The notes: generated by a model from the sequence alone, not told the origin. DNA of 62,544 bases from Bacteroidales bacterium (GCA_034004335.1 JAVEWX010000002.1:1-62544); one strand, 5' to 3'. Counted from the first letter of the stretch, positions 1 to 8,550 are shown. Translations and numbers: made by a program.

Positions 1-1495
1 GTATTTTTGCCGACCTGTTGGTATTGGAGTGCTGGTTTATCAGTAAGTTGGATGCTACAGACCAGATTAGCTTTATATTGTTATCGAGCCTGTCGACGCC
101 CTGCACTCCATCATTTTCCGCAGTCATCTCCTTGCCTCTCAGTATCGCCTCAGTCCAGAGATAGACAGGTATTCTTCCTCTGACAGGATTATTTCCCATA
201 GGCAGCACCGTCCAGAAGGGGGCCCCGCCAACCTGATTTGCAAGGCCGCTGGCCCATCCACCCGGGATACCCACGTTGCCTGTAATCGCAGCGAGTACTG
301 CGCCGGCCCTCACAACCTGTTCGCCGTATGCCCTTCTCTGCATACCGTATCCCTGGTATAGCACTGCCGGCTTTGTGGTGGCGTATTCCCTGGCTATCCT
401 GCTGATGGTTTCTGCGGGAACCATGGTTATCCTGGCGGCCCACTCCGGCGTTTTTGGCGTACCGTCGCGTGTTCCGAGAACATAATCGGACAACGATTCC
501 TCATCTTCATAGCCCTCAGGCATCTGCGACTTGTCGAACCCGATGCATGCTTTCCTTATAAATTCATCATCGGCAAGCTTCTCGGTGATGATAACATAGA
601 TCATGGCAGTCATCATGGCTGTATCGGTTCCCGGGCGAATGGGGATCCATTCATCGGCCAGGGCTACTGCGCTGAGGCTCAGCCTGGGGTCAATGCATAC
701 TGTTCTGGCTCCGTTTTCGCGGGCTTTCCTGATAAAATAGTCGCTGTTGGTGCCATCCTTCATCTCGGCAGGATTCCAGCCCCACATCAGGATATATCTT
801 GAATTCATCCAGTCCTGTCTCTGGTTACCCGTATCGAGTGTGCCGTAGACATATGGAGTGGCTATGTTGATACAGGCCCAGCTATAACTATTGTAATAGC
901 CGAGGCATCCCCCTATAAGGTTCATCAGCCTTGCCGCGGGCCACCTTCCGTTGGTGTTGTTGTAGGAACCCGTACCGTAGGGAACATATATTGCTGAGTT
1001 CCCATATTTGGCGATAACCTCCGTGATGCGGTCGTGCATTATCGTATAAGCCTCATCCCAGCTTATGCGCTCGAAGCTGCCCTCACCCCTTCTTCCCGTA
1101 CGCTTAAGCGGATACTTTAACCTGTCGGGGTGGTATTGCCTCTTACGGTATGCCCTTCCACGCATGCAGGCCCTAAGCTGAGGATCGTCGATGCCGTCAT
1201 AGGGCCTGTCATCTGTTTCGATGCGGGTTATGATGCCACCTGTAACATGGACCTTCAGCAGACATTTCCCTCCGCAGTTATGAGCCGGACAACCGGTACG
1301 GATGATGGCATCGGGCTGCTGGTATTCCTTAATGCCTGTTCCATTCGGTTTTCGTCCCGGGGCGGGTGCCGAAAAGGCTTCGAAGGCAGGAGCTGCCAGC
1401 AGCGATCCTCCTATGACGGATGACCACTGCACAAAGTTCCTCCTGTTTATTGATGGTCCTTTCTGCCTGTCTTTATCAGCTTTGTGGTTCTTCAT
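1..1495 (-). CDS. DMSO-reductase-family (DmsA-like) molybdopterin oxidoreductase, N-terminal ~498 aa; gene continues past the window start
   Basis: Absent from the ORF track because it is open at the window edge. Hand translation of the minus strand from ATG 1495 gives MKNHKADKDRQKGPSINRRNFVQWSSVIGGSLLAAPAFEAFS (twin-arginine signal). This is followed by a CPAHNCGGKC Fe-S motif and LMWGWNPAEM, CIDPRLS and IPIRPGTDTAMM blocks typical of MopB enzymes. No stop codon down to nt 1. Confidence 0.8.
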   Translation of the reverse strand, partial: MKNHKADKDRQKGPSINRRNFVQWSSVIGGSLLAAPAFEAFSAPAPGRKPNGTGIKEYQQPDAIIRTGCPAHNCGGKCLLKVHVTGGIITRIETDDRPYDGIDDPQLRACMRGRAYRKRQYHPDRLKYPLKRTGRRGEGSFERISWDEAYTIMHDRITEVIAKYGNSAIYVPYGTGSYNNTNGRWPAARLMNLIGGCLGYYNSYSWACINIATPYVYGTLDTGNQRQDWMNSRYILMWGWNPAEMKDGTNSDYFIRKARENGARTVCIDPRLSLSAVALADEWIPIRPGTDTAMMTAMIYVIITEKLADDEFIRKACIGFDKSQMPEGYEDEESLSDYVLGTRDGTPKTPEWAARITMVPAETISRIAREYATTKPAVLYQGYGMQRRAYGEQVVRAGAVLAAITGNVGIPGGWASGLANQVGGAPFWTVLPMGNNPVRGRIPVYLWTEAILRGKEMTAENDGVQGVDRLDNNIKLIWSVASNLLINQHSNTNRSAKI

Positions 1496-1584
1496 TATTC
1501 CTCTTTTCTGTTTAGCCGCCGGTTGATACTGCACTGTGAGGCATTCGCGGCAGGGGGTAAAAATAATAAAAAATATTGTTCAGG

Positions 1585-1875
1585 TTCCTCGTTCTTCGTT
1601 CCTCGTTCCTCGTTCTTCGTTCCTCGTTCCTCGTTCCTCGTTCCTCGTTTAGGGTTTAGAGTTCTGAGTTCAGGCTATGCCAGCCATAGCTGATGGAGTC
1701 AGCATCTGCTGGGTTGCGTGTTACGGGTTGCGGATATATGGGTGGAAGCTGAAGGATGAATCACTATGGTTTTGAGGGACAGGCCACAGGTCGTTAAGAC
1801 TTCAAAGACAGCCCGAAGGGCGTCAAGACAGGGCGAAGCCCGTATGGACAATTCCGATTACCGATAACCGGTGGA
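1585..1875. repeat. Heptanucleotide mosaic element, locus A (inverted relative to loci B, C, E)
   Basis: 1585-1675 is 13 in-register heptads: (TTCYTCG)x9, TTTAGGG, TTTAGAG, TTCTGAG, TTCAGGC. A hairpin module lies at 1679-1714. GGGTTGC GTGTTAC GGGTTGC lies at 1711-1731. Two 20-nt hairpin units lie at 1805-1844. CGATTAC CGATAAC lies at 1855-1868. Confidence 0.9.
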
Positions 1876-1953
1876 AAATAAGTATTAATAAGTATCTGCC
1901 GGTAATTGTTAATATCTACTTTTGGGGCGGAAAACAAAAAAATCAGTCTTATC

Positions 1954-3201
1954 GTGGATATTTTTGACAAAATCAGATCGAACAGGGGTGCATTGGGACA
2001 ATACCAGATGCAGGCTCATGGGTACTTTACATTTCCGAAGCTCGAGGGTGTGATAGCCCCGAGGATGAAATTCATGGGCAAGGAGGTTTTAACATGGAGT
2101 CTCAACAATTATCTGGGACTGGGTAATCATCCTGATATCAGGAAAACGGATGCAGAGGCGGCTGCACAGTACGGACTTGCTTACCCGATGGGTGCAAGGA
2201 TGATGTCGGGACAGACATCCGTTCATGAAAAATTTGAAAGGATGGCTGCTGAATTCACCGGGAAGGAGGATGCATACCTGCTCAACTATGGTTACCAGGG
2301 TATGGTCTCGATCATTGACTCCCTGCTCGACAGGCGTGATGTAGTGGTCTATGACTCCGAGTCGCATGCCTGCATAATCGACGGCCTGAGGCTTCACATA
2401 GGAAAGAGGTTCGTTTTCCCGCACAACGACATTGAAAATTGTGAGAAGCAACTGCAGAGGGCAGAGAAGCTGACCAGTGAAACAGGCGGAGGAATACTTG
2501 TCATCACTGAAGGGGTGTTCGGAATGGCCGGTGACCTCGGGAAGCTCGATAAGATAGCCGCTCTCAAGAAGAAATACAAATTCCGTCTTCTCGTTGATGA
2601 TGCTCATGGATTCGGAACCATGGGCAATACAGGAGCCGGTACGGGTGAACACTTTGGCGTGCAGGATGAGATAGATGTCTATTTTGCCACCTTTGCCAAA
2701 GCGTTCGCAGGAATAGGAGGATTCGTATCGAGTACCAGGGATGTCATCAACTATCTTCGCTACAACCTGAGATCGCAGATATATGCCAAGTCGTTGCCGA
2801 TGGCAATGACATTGGGAGCCATCAAGCGACTTGAGATGATGAAGACCAATCCGGAACTCAGAGAGAAGCTCTGGGTAATAGTAAGGGCCCTTCAGAAAGG
2901 GCTTAGGGAGGCCGGATTCAACCTTGGCAATACCGAGTCCCCGGTAACGCCGGTGTTCCTCAAAGGAGGCATCCCGGAAGCTACCCAGGTCACATACGAT
3001 CTGAGAGAGAACTATGGTATCTTCTGTTCAATAGTCATCTATCCGGTTGTTCCAAAGGATGTGATCATGCTTCGGATAATCCCGACAGCCGTTCATACCC
3101 TCGAGGATGTCAACTATACGATTAAGTGCTTCAAGGCGGTCAAGGAAAAACTCGAGAAGGGTCTTTACCCGAAGGAAGTAGCCGATTTTACAAAAAGATA
3201 A
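1954..3201 (+). CDS. PLP-dependent alpha-oxoamine synthase family acyltransferase (KBL/AONS/serine-palmitoyltransferase-like)
   Basis: ORF 1906..3201. The conserved N-terminus starts at in-frame GTG 1954 (VDIFDKIRSNRGALGQY..HGYFTFPKLEG). Motifs LNNYLGLGNHP, DDAHGFG and the PLP-lysine context ATFAKAF are present. Substrate specificity cannot be read from the sequence. Confidence 0.8.
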   Translation: MDIFDKIRSNRGALGQYQMQAHGYFTFPKLEGVIAPRMKFMGKEVLTWSLNNYLGLGNHPDIRKTDAEAAAQYGLAYPMGARMMSGQTSVHEKFERMAAEFTGKEDAYLLNYGYQGMVSIIDSLLDRRDVVVYDSESHACIIDGLRLHIGKRFVFPHNDIENCEKQLQRAEKLTSETGGGILVITEGVFGMAGDLGKLDKIAALKKKYKFRLLVDDAHGFGTMGNTGAGTGEHFGVQDEIDVYFATFAKAFAGIGGFVSSTRDVINYLRYNLRSQIYAKSLPMAMTLGAIKRLEMMKTNPELREKLWVIVRALQKGLREAGFNLGNTESPVTPVFLKGGIPEATQVTYDLRENYGIFCSIVIYPVVPKDVIMLRIIPTAVHTLEDVNYTIKCFKAVKEKLEKGLYPKEVADFTKR

Positions 3202-3233
3202 CCCGCAAAGCCCAAAGGCATCCTTCAATAATG

Positions 3234-3263
3234 AGATCCCGGTAACCAGCCGGGATCTTTTTC
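3234..3263 (+). terminator. Rho-independent terminator after the alpha-oxoamine synthase gene
   Basis: AGATCCCGG (3234-3242), loop TAACCAG, CCGGGATCT (3250-3258), followed by a T-run. Confidence 0.6.
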
Positions 3264-3340
3264 ATTTCCGATCCTGTCTGACTGGTCCATAATATTGACC
3301 CAATTCAAGCGTTGTTAGATGGTAATACAAATATTTATTG

Positions 3341-3348
3341 TAATTTTG
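3341..3348 (+). promoter_or_regulatory. Candidate Bacteroidota -7 promoter box (TAnnTTTG) for bamD
   Basis: TAATTTTG, 16 nt upstream of the bamD ATG at 3365. Confidence 0.3.
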
Positions 3349-3364
3349 CGCAACATTTCAGATT

Positions 3365-4183
3365 ATGAGGCTTTACAGTTTATTGATAATCCTTTCTGCC
3401 CTACTTGTCACCTCCTGCGGCGAATATGAGAAGCTGCTCAAGAGCAGCGATTATGAGCTGAAGAAGGATAAGGCCATCGAATATTACGAAGCCGGAAAAT
3501 ACATTAAGGCCACCGAACTACTGGGGCAGGTCCTGCCCCGCTACAGGGCTTCTGAGGAGGCTGAACGGCTTAGCTGGCTCAATGCCCGCTCCTTTTATGA
3601 GCTTCAGGACTATATGATGGCCGGCACCTATTTCTCTAACTTCAGCTTGACATTTCCTTTCAGCAGGTATGAGGAGGAGGCTGTTTTCATGGCTGCATAT
3701 TGCGATTATAAGATGTCACCAAGGCCTCAACTTGACCAGGAATATACACGTAAGGCTATTGAGGGATTCAACCTGTTCAGGAGAAGGTTTCCTGCAAGTA
3801 CCAGGCTGGCCGAAGCAGACAAGATTATCATGGAACTGGAGGAAAAGCTTGTTGAGAAATCTTACCTGAGTGCCAGGCTCTATTACGACATGGGACAGTT
3901 CAGGGCGGCAACGGTAGCCCTTAACAACAGCCTTAATGAATATCCCGACACCAAATTCAGGGAGGAGATGATGTATCTGAAGCTTAGCGCCCACATGCTG
4001 TATGCTGAATATAGTGTCTCCGACAAGAAGCTTGAAAGGTATCAGGATGCTTATGACGATTATCTTTCCTTCGTTGAGGAATATCCTGAAGGCAGATATG
4101 ATAAGGAGGTAAAGAAAATACATGATACCCTGCTCAGAATTCTGAAACCCGGGGACAGTAAAATTGATATTGAAAACAGATAG
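3365..4183 (+). CDS. bamD: Outer membrane protein assembly factor BamD (lipoprotein)
   Basis: Signal peptide plus lipobox (LLVTSC). TPR-like YfiO/BamD sequence (AIEYYEAGKYIKATELL..). Conserved position upstream of rpoZ-coaBC in Bacteroidota. Confidence 0.8.
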   Translation: MRLYSLLIILSALLVTSCGEYEKLLKSSDYELKKDKAIEYYEAGKYIKATELLGQVLPRYRASEEAERLSWLNARSFYELQDYMMAGTYFSNFSLTFPFSRYEEEAVFMAAYCDYKMSPRPQLDQEYTRKAIEGFNLFRRRFPASTRLAEADKIIMELEEKLVEKSYLSARLYYDMGQFRAATVALNNSLNEYPDTKFREEMMYLKLSAHMLYAEYSVSDKKLERYQDAYDDYLSFVEEYPEGRYDKEVKKIHDTLLRILKPGDSKIDIENR

Positions 4184-4186
4184 GAT

Positions 4187-4525
4187 ATGGATTACAAGAA
4201 GTCACCTGCACCACTTACTACAGTTACCAGGAACATCACCACCTTTGATGAAAATACCGAAAACCTCTATGAGGCTGTGGTGATCTGTTCGAAGAGATCC
4301 AACCAGATTGGTGTGGAGATGAAACAGGAGCTTAACAAGAAGCTTGAAGAGTTTGCCTCATTCTCCGATAATCTCGAGGAGGTTTTTGAGAACAGGGAGC
4401 AGATAGAGATATCGAAGTTCTATGAGCGTCTTCCGAAACCGACGCTCATTGCCCTGAAGGAATTTGAGGATGATAAGATATATTTCCGGAACCCTGACAA
4501 GGAGTCAAGGACAAGGACAAAATAA
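4187..4525 (+). CDS. rpoZ: DNA-directed RNA polymerase subunit omega (Bacteroidota long form)
   Basis: 112 aa. NLYEAVVICSKRSNQIG and LEEVFENREQIEISKFYERLPKPTLIAL match the Bacteroidota omega family. Lies between bamD and coaBC. Confidence 0.7.
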   Translation: MDYKKSPAPLTTVTRNITTFDENTENLYEAVVICSKRSNQIGVEMKQELNKKLEEFASFSDNLEEVFENREQIEISKFYERLPKPTLIALKEFEDDKIYFRNPDKESRTRTK

Positions 4526-4534
4526 ATAGTCCCG

Positions 4535-5104
4535 ATGCTGAAGGGCAGGCACATACTGGTAGGCGTGACGGGGGGTATCGCTGCATACAAGACAGCGCAC
4601 CTCGTCAGGATGCTTGTCAGGGAGGGTGCTGAGGTGAAGGTTGTGATGACCCCTCTGGCCAAAGAATTCATCACACCACTGACACTGGCCACACTCTCGC
4701 GAAACCCGGTGCTTGTCGATTTCTACAATCCCATGAATGGCGACTGGAACAGTCATGTTGATCTTGGCCTGTGGGCTGACCTTTTTGTCATAGCCCCTGC
4801 TACTGCCAATACAATGGGAAAAATGGCCTCTGGCATCGCCGACAATCTGTTGCTCACCACCTACCTGTCAGCGAGGTGCCCGGTAGTGCTTGCTCCGGCA
4901 ATGGATTTTGACATGCTAAAGCACCCGGCAACCGTTGCCAGCATTGCTACTTTAAGGTCATTCGGCAACCATATCGTAGAACCAGTTTCAGGAGAACTGG
5001 CCAGCGGCCTTGAGGGAAAGGGACGCATGGCGGAACCTGAGGCAATAATGAAGGAAATTGCGGCGATCCTTTCAAAAAAAAAAGGCCTGACCTCTCGGGG
5101 ATAA
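4535..5104 (+). CDS. coaC: Phosphopantothenoylcysteine decarboxylase (CoaC half of a frameshift-split coaBC)
   Basis: Flavoprotein motifs ILVGVTGGIAAYK and PAMDFDM. The ORF ends 18 nt after an A10 tract (5074-5083). Confidence 0.8.
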   Translation: MLKGRHILVGVTGGIAAYKTAHLVRMLVREGAEVKVVMTPLAKEFITPLTLATLSRNPVLVDFYNPMNGDWNSHVDLGLWADLFVIAPATANTMGKMASGIADNLLLTTYLSARCPVVLAPAMDFDMLKHPATVASIATLRSFGNHIVEPVSGELASGLEGKGRMAEPEAIMKEIAAILSKKKGLTSRG

Positions 5105-5106
5105 GG

Positions 5107-5748
5107 GTGCTCGTCAACGCCGGGCCCACACACGAATCAATCGATCCGGTAAGGTTTATAGGGAATCATTCATCAGGAAAGATGGGTGTTGCCATTGCAG
5201 TAGCGGCATCTGCCTGCGGGGCTGATGTACATCTCATTGCCGGTCCCGGTGTAGTAGTGCCACCAGGCCTGCCCCTCCAGGTAACATGGGTTACTACTGC
5301 CGATGAGATGGCTGCCGCCTGCCAGGGATCGTTCCCGGGATGTGATGTGGCAGTGCTGGCTGCGGCCGTTGCTGACTTTACCCCGGTGGAAAAACATGAC
5401 ACGAAGGTTAAAAGGGGAACCGGTGAAATGATCATTCGCCTCAGGCCTACATCTGATATTGCCGCCGGTCTTGGTTCCACAAAAAAAAGCGGTCAGATCA
5501 TCTGCGGCTTTGCACTGGAAACTGATAATGAGATTGATAATGCGGTCGGCAAACTCAGGCGCAAGAACCTCGACATGATAGTACTGAACTCTCTGCGCGA
5601 CGAAGGTGCCGGATTCGGAGTCGACACCAACAGGGTAACCATCATTGACAGTAACAATAAAATTGATAAATTTGAGTTGAAACCTAAGGATGAAGTGGCC
5701 CTCGACATATTGTGGAAAATCGTTTCGCTAAGAGAAAGGAAACTATGA
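5107..5748 (+). CDS. coaB: Phosphopantothenate--cysteine ligase (CoaB half of a frameshift-split coaBC)
   Basis: NAGPTHESIDPVRFIGNHSSGKMG motif. This reading frame stays open upstream of GTG 5107 back into the A10 tract and there encodes the conserved DLSGIRVLV linker. Confidence 0.8.
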   Translation: MLVNAGPTHESIDPVRFIGNHSSGKMGVAIAVAASACGADVHLIAGPGVVVPPGLPLQVTWVTTADEMAAACQGSFPGCDVAVLAAAVADFTPVEKHDTKVKRGTGEMIIRLRPTSDIAAGLGSTKKSGQIICGFALETDNEIDNAVGKLRRKNLDMIVLNSLRDEGAGFGVDTNRVTIIDSNNKIDKFELKPKDEVALDILWKIVSLRERKL

Positions 5749-6662
5749 GGAGGCTTTTCGCGGTTCTGACTGTTGTGCTTTTGATCGCACCTGCAACGGT
5801 GTCGGGACAGGAGTTGCTGTGTAATGTCCAGGTGACGGCGCAGCGTATTCAGGGATCCAACAGACAGGTCTTCCAGACGATGCAGCGCGACATATATGAG
5901 TTCATGAACAACACCGTCTGGACCAACCATGTATACAGCTATGCCGAACGCATCGACTGCAACATAATGATAAACCTTACCGAGCAGCTGTCGGCCGATG
6001 AATTCAGGGGAACCCTGCAGGTCCAGCTCAGGCGGCCCGTGTACAACACAACATACAATTCCACCATACTGAACTTCATCGACAACAACATACAGTTCAG
6101 GTATGTGGAGTTCCAGCCACTCGAGTTCGATCCCAACAGTCACAGGTCAAACCTGGTGTCGTTGCTGGCATATTATGCCTACATGGTTATTGGCTTCGAT
6201 TACGATACCTATTCTCCTGAGGGGGGTACCGAGTTTTTCCAGATAGCGGAGAAGATCGTCACCAATGCCCAGAGCGCACCGGAAACAGGGTGGAAACCTT
6301 ATGACGGAACCCGTAACCGCAACCGCTACTGGCTTGTCAAGAATGTGCTTGACCGTCAGTACCAGATGGTCAGGATGTTTGTCTATGAGTATCACAGGAA
6401 GGGACTTGACATGATGGAGTCGAGGGTCAACGAGTCGAGAACATCAATAGTGGAGAGCCTTAGATTGTTGCAGCAGGTATACCGGACAAGGCCCGATCCC
6501 TTCATGTACTATATGCAGATAGTAATAGAGGCCAAGACCGATGAACTGGTCAATATCTACAGCAAAGCCTTTGCCGAGGAGAAGAGCAGGGTGGTACAGA
6601 TACTGACGGAAATCGACCCGGCCAACAAGGCAAAATACGAAAAGATACTGAGTACAACATAA
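5745..6662 (+). CDS. DUF4835 family protein (named PorD, T9SS-associated, in some annotations)
   Basis: Signal peptide MRRLFAVLTVVLLIAPATVSGQ. ATG 5745 overlaps the coaB stop (ATGA). Conserved coaBC-DUF4835-recN synteny. Confidence 0.65.
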   Translation: MRRLFAVLTVVLLIAPATVSGQELLCNVQVTAQRIQGSNRQVFQTMQRDIYEFMNNTVWTNHVYSYAERIDCNIMINLTEQLSADEFRGTLQVQLRRPVYNTTYNSTILNFIDNNIQFRYVEFQPLEFDPNSHRSNLVSLLAYYAYMVIGFDYDTYSPEGGTEFFQIAEKIVTNAQSAPETGWKPYDGTRNRNRYWLVKNVLDRQYQMVRMFVYEYHRKGLDMMESRVNESRTSIVESLRLLQQVYRTRPDPFMYYMQIVIEAKTDELVNIYSKAFAEEKSRVVQILTEIDPANKAKYEKILSTT

Positions 6663-6678
6663 TCATCTCCCCCCTGCA

Positions 6679-8340
6679 ATGCTGGTCAGACTGACTGTTC
6701 GCAACTATGCCCTCATCAGGGAACTCGACATGGAACCGGGTGACGGGCTGACCATAATTACCGGGGAGACCGGAGCCGGGAAGTCCATTCTTCTTGGAGC
6801 CCTTTCCCTTATTCTCGGGAACCGTGCTGATACCTCCGTCCTTCTGAATCACGATGAAAAATGTGTTGTGGAGGGAGTCTTTGACCTTGCCGGAAAGGAT
6901 ATGGAGATCTATTTCAGTGAGAATGACCTCGACTATTCCGATAATACCATACTTCGCCGCGAGATCAATCCTGCGGGAAAATCGAGGGCCTTTGTGAACG
7001 ACACTCCGGTTAACCTTAATATCCTCAGAGAGATAGGCGACCGCCTCGTGGATATCCATTCACAGCACAACAACCTGCTTCTCAACGACAGCGCCTTCCA
7101 GCTTGGAGTACTCGATTCGGTGGCAGATAATGCTGCTCTTCTGAAGAGTTACAGGGAGGCCTATGAGGAATACAGGGCTCTAAAGAGGGAATATGAGGGA
7201 CTGAAGGAGAATGCAGACCGTAACAGGGCTGATCTCGATTACTACAACTTCCAGCTCAGTCAACTGGATGAGGCCCGCATGGTGCCCGGTGAACTCCCGG
7301 AACTGGAGACGGAGCGTGACATGCTCGCTCATGCAGGCGAGATAAGGACTGTTTTGGGAAGTGTTACCGGAGCCCTTGGTTCCGACGATATTTCAGTCGC
7401 AAACATGCTGGGTGAGGCGAGAATCGCATTGCAGAAGGTAGCAGGATTCATCGCCGGTGGCAGGGAACTGTTGTCGCGGCTTGAGTCGGCTGCCATTGAG
7501 CTGGACGACATCACCTCCGACCTGGCGAGGATAGCGAATGCCACGGAGGATGATCCCCGGCGTCTTCAGATAGTCAGTGACCGCATCGACCTGTTGTATA
7601 CACTGCTGCATAAGCACCGGCTTGAAACAGTGGAACAGCTGATCGAAAGGAGGGAGGAGATTGCCGCTTCACTGAACAGGATAGCCACAGGTGATGAACG
7701 TCTGTCAGAGTTGGAGGGACTTGTTGCGGCATCGCTCGCCAGACTGACCGGACTGGCAGAACAACTGACCGCATCGAGGAGAGATGTTATTGGTGAACTC
7801 GGGAACAGGGTGGCCGGATTACTGACATCGCTCGGCATACCTGCCGCCCGTTTCCAGGTGAAGATGGAACCATCGGCAGGGTTTACCCCAACCGGCGCCG
7901 ACAGGGCTGAGTTTCTATTCTCTGCCAACAGGCAGGTTGCCCCGGAAACACTTTCACGTGTTGCGTCGGGAGGCGAACTTTCGAGGGTTATGCTGAGTCT
8001 GAAGTACCTTCTCTCACAAAGCCGCAGCCTGCCAACAATCATCTTTGACGAGATCGACGCCGGAGTTTCAGGGGAGGTGGCCGAAATGGTAGGGACAATG
8101 CTTGCCGGAATGGGCAGAACCATGCAGGTCATTAACATAACCCACCTTCCGCAGGTGGCCGCCCTGGGTGACCGCCACTTTTTTGTTTATAAAAATGACT
8201 CAACCGACTCAACAATTACTCACCTTCGTTTGTTATCGGATGAGGAAAGGGTTCAGGAGGTGGCCAGACTCATAAGCGGCAGTGAGATTACTGATGCTGC
8301 GGTTGAACATGCCAGAACGCTCTTCCGAAAAGATACCTGA
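6679..8340 (+). CDS. recN: DNA repair protein RecN
   Basis: 553 aa. Walker A GETGAGKS, long coiled-coil middle, C-terminal SGGELSR signature and IFDEIDAG Walker B. Confidence 0.9.
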   Translation: MLVRLTVRNYALIRELDMEPGDGLTIITGETGAGKSILLGALSLILGNRADTSVLLNHDEKCVVEGVFDLAGKDMEIYFSENDLDYSDNTILRREINPAGKSRAFVNDTPVNLNILREIGDRLVDIHSQHNNLLLNDSAFQLGVLDSVADNAALLKSYREAYEEYRALKREYEGLKENADRNRADLDYYNFQLSQLDEARMVPGELPELETERDMLAHAGEIRTVLGSVTGALGSDDISVANMLGEARIALQKVAGFIAGGRELLSRLESAAIELDDITSDLARIANATEDDPRRLQIVSDRIDLLYTLLHKHRLETVEQLIERREEIAASLNRIATGDERLSELEGLVAASLARLTGLAEQLTASRRDVIGELGNRVAGLLTSLGIPAARFQVKMEPSAGFTPTGADRAEFLFSANRQVAPETLSRVASGGELSRVMLSLKYLLSQSRSLPTIIFDEIDAGVSGEVAEMVGTMLAGMGRTMQVINITHLPQVAALGDRHFFVYKNDSTDSTITHLRLLSDEERVQEVARLISGSEITDAAVEHARTLFRKDT

Positions 8341-8372
8341 TCAATGGTTAACGATTTGCGATTTATGAAATG

Positions 8373-8550
8373 GGTACCAGGTGTCAGGTATCCGGCGTCC
8401 GGCATCCGGCATCCGGCATCCGGCGTCCGGCGTCCGGCGTCAGCTCTAAACCCTAAACCCTGAACGAAGAACGAAGAACGAAGAACGAAGAACGAAGAAC
8501 GAAGAACGAAGAACTGGCGACCAGTAACAAGCAACCAGCAACCAGATACC
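8373..8550. repeat. Heptanucleotide mosaic element, locus B
   Basis: 25 consecutive in-register heptads (8373-8547): GGTACCA GGTGTCA GGTATCC (GGCRTCC)x6 GGCGTCA GCTCTAA ACCCTAA ACCCTGA (ACGAAGA)x7 ACTGGCG ACCAGTA ACAAGCA ACCAGCA ACCAGAT. These are followed by ACC and the fabI ATG. Confidence 0.95.

Noticed and set aside
1648-1661. TTTAGGG TTTAGAG (and CTAAACC CTAAACC at 8446-8459 and near 20144) equals the plant-type telomere repeat
   Set aside because: Only two copies occur per locus. They are embedded between ordinary bacterial genes and are just one of about eight heptamer types. This is a coincidental match, not a telomere or eukaryotic contamination.
5493-6143. 216-aa minus-strand ORF, with similar long ORFs at 7566..8138 (-), 32246..32866 (-), 45453..46079 (-), 14806..15312 (-), 2089..2652 (-) and 17824..18447 (+)
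   Set aside because: All lie antisense to, or out of frame within, genes with strong family signatures (coaB/DUF4835, recN, yajC/ybbR, the NuoG-like fusion, ftcD, the AOS gene, susC). Their translations are low-complexity or Arg/Ser/Pro-rich with no recognisable motifs.
8373-8550. Tandem arrays as possible CRISPR arrays (also at the other five repeat loci)
   Set aside because: Units are 7 nt and abut directly. There are no unique spacers of 25-40 nt, no 24-48-nt direct repeats and no cas genes in the window.
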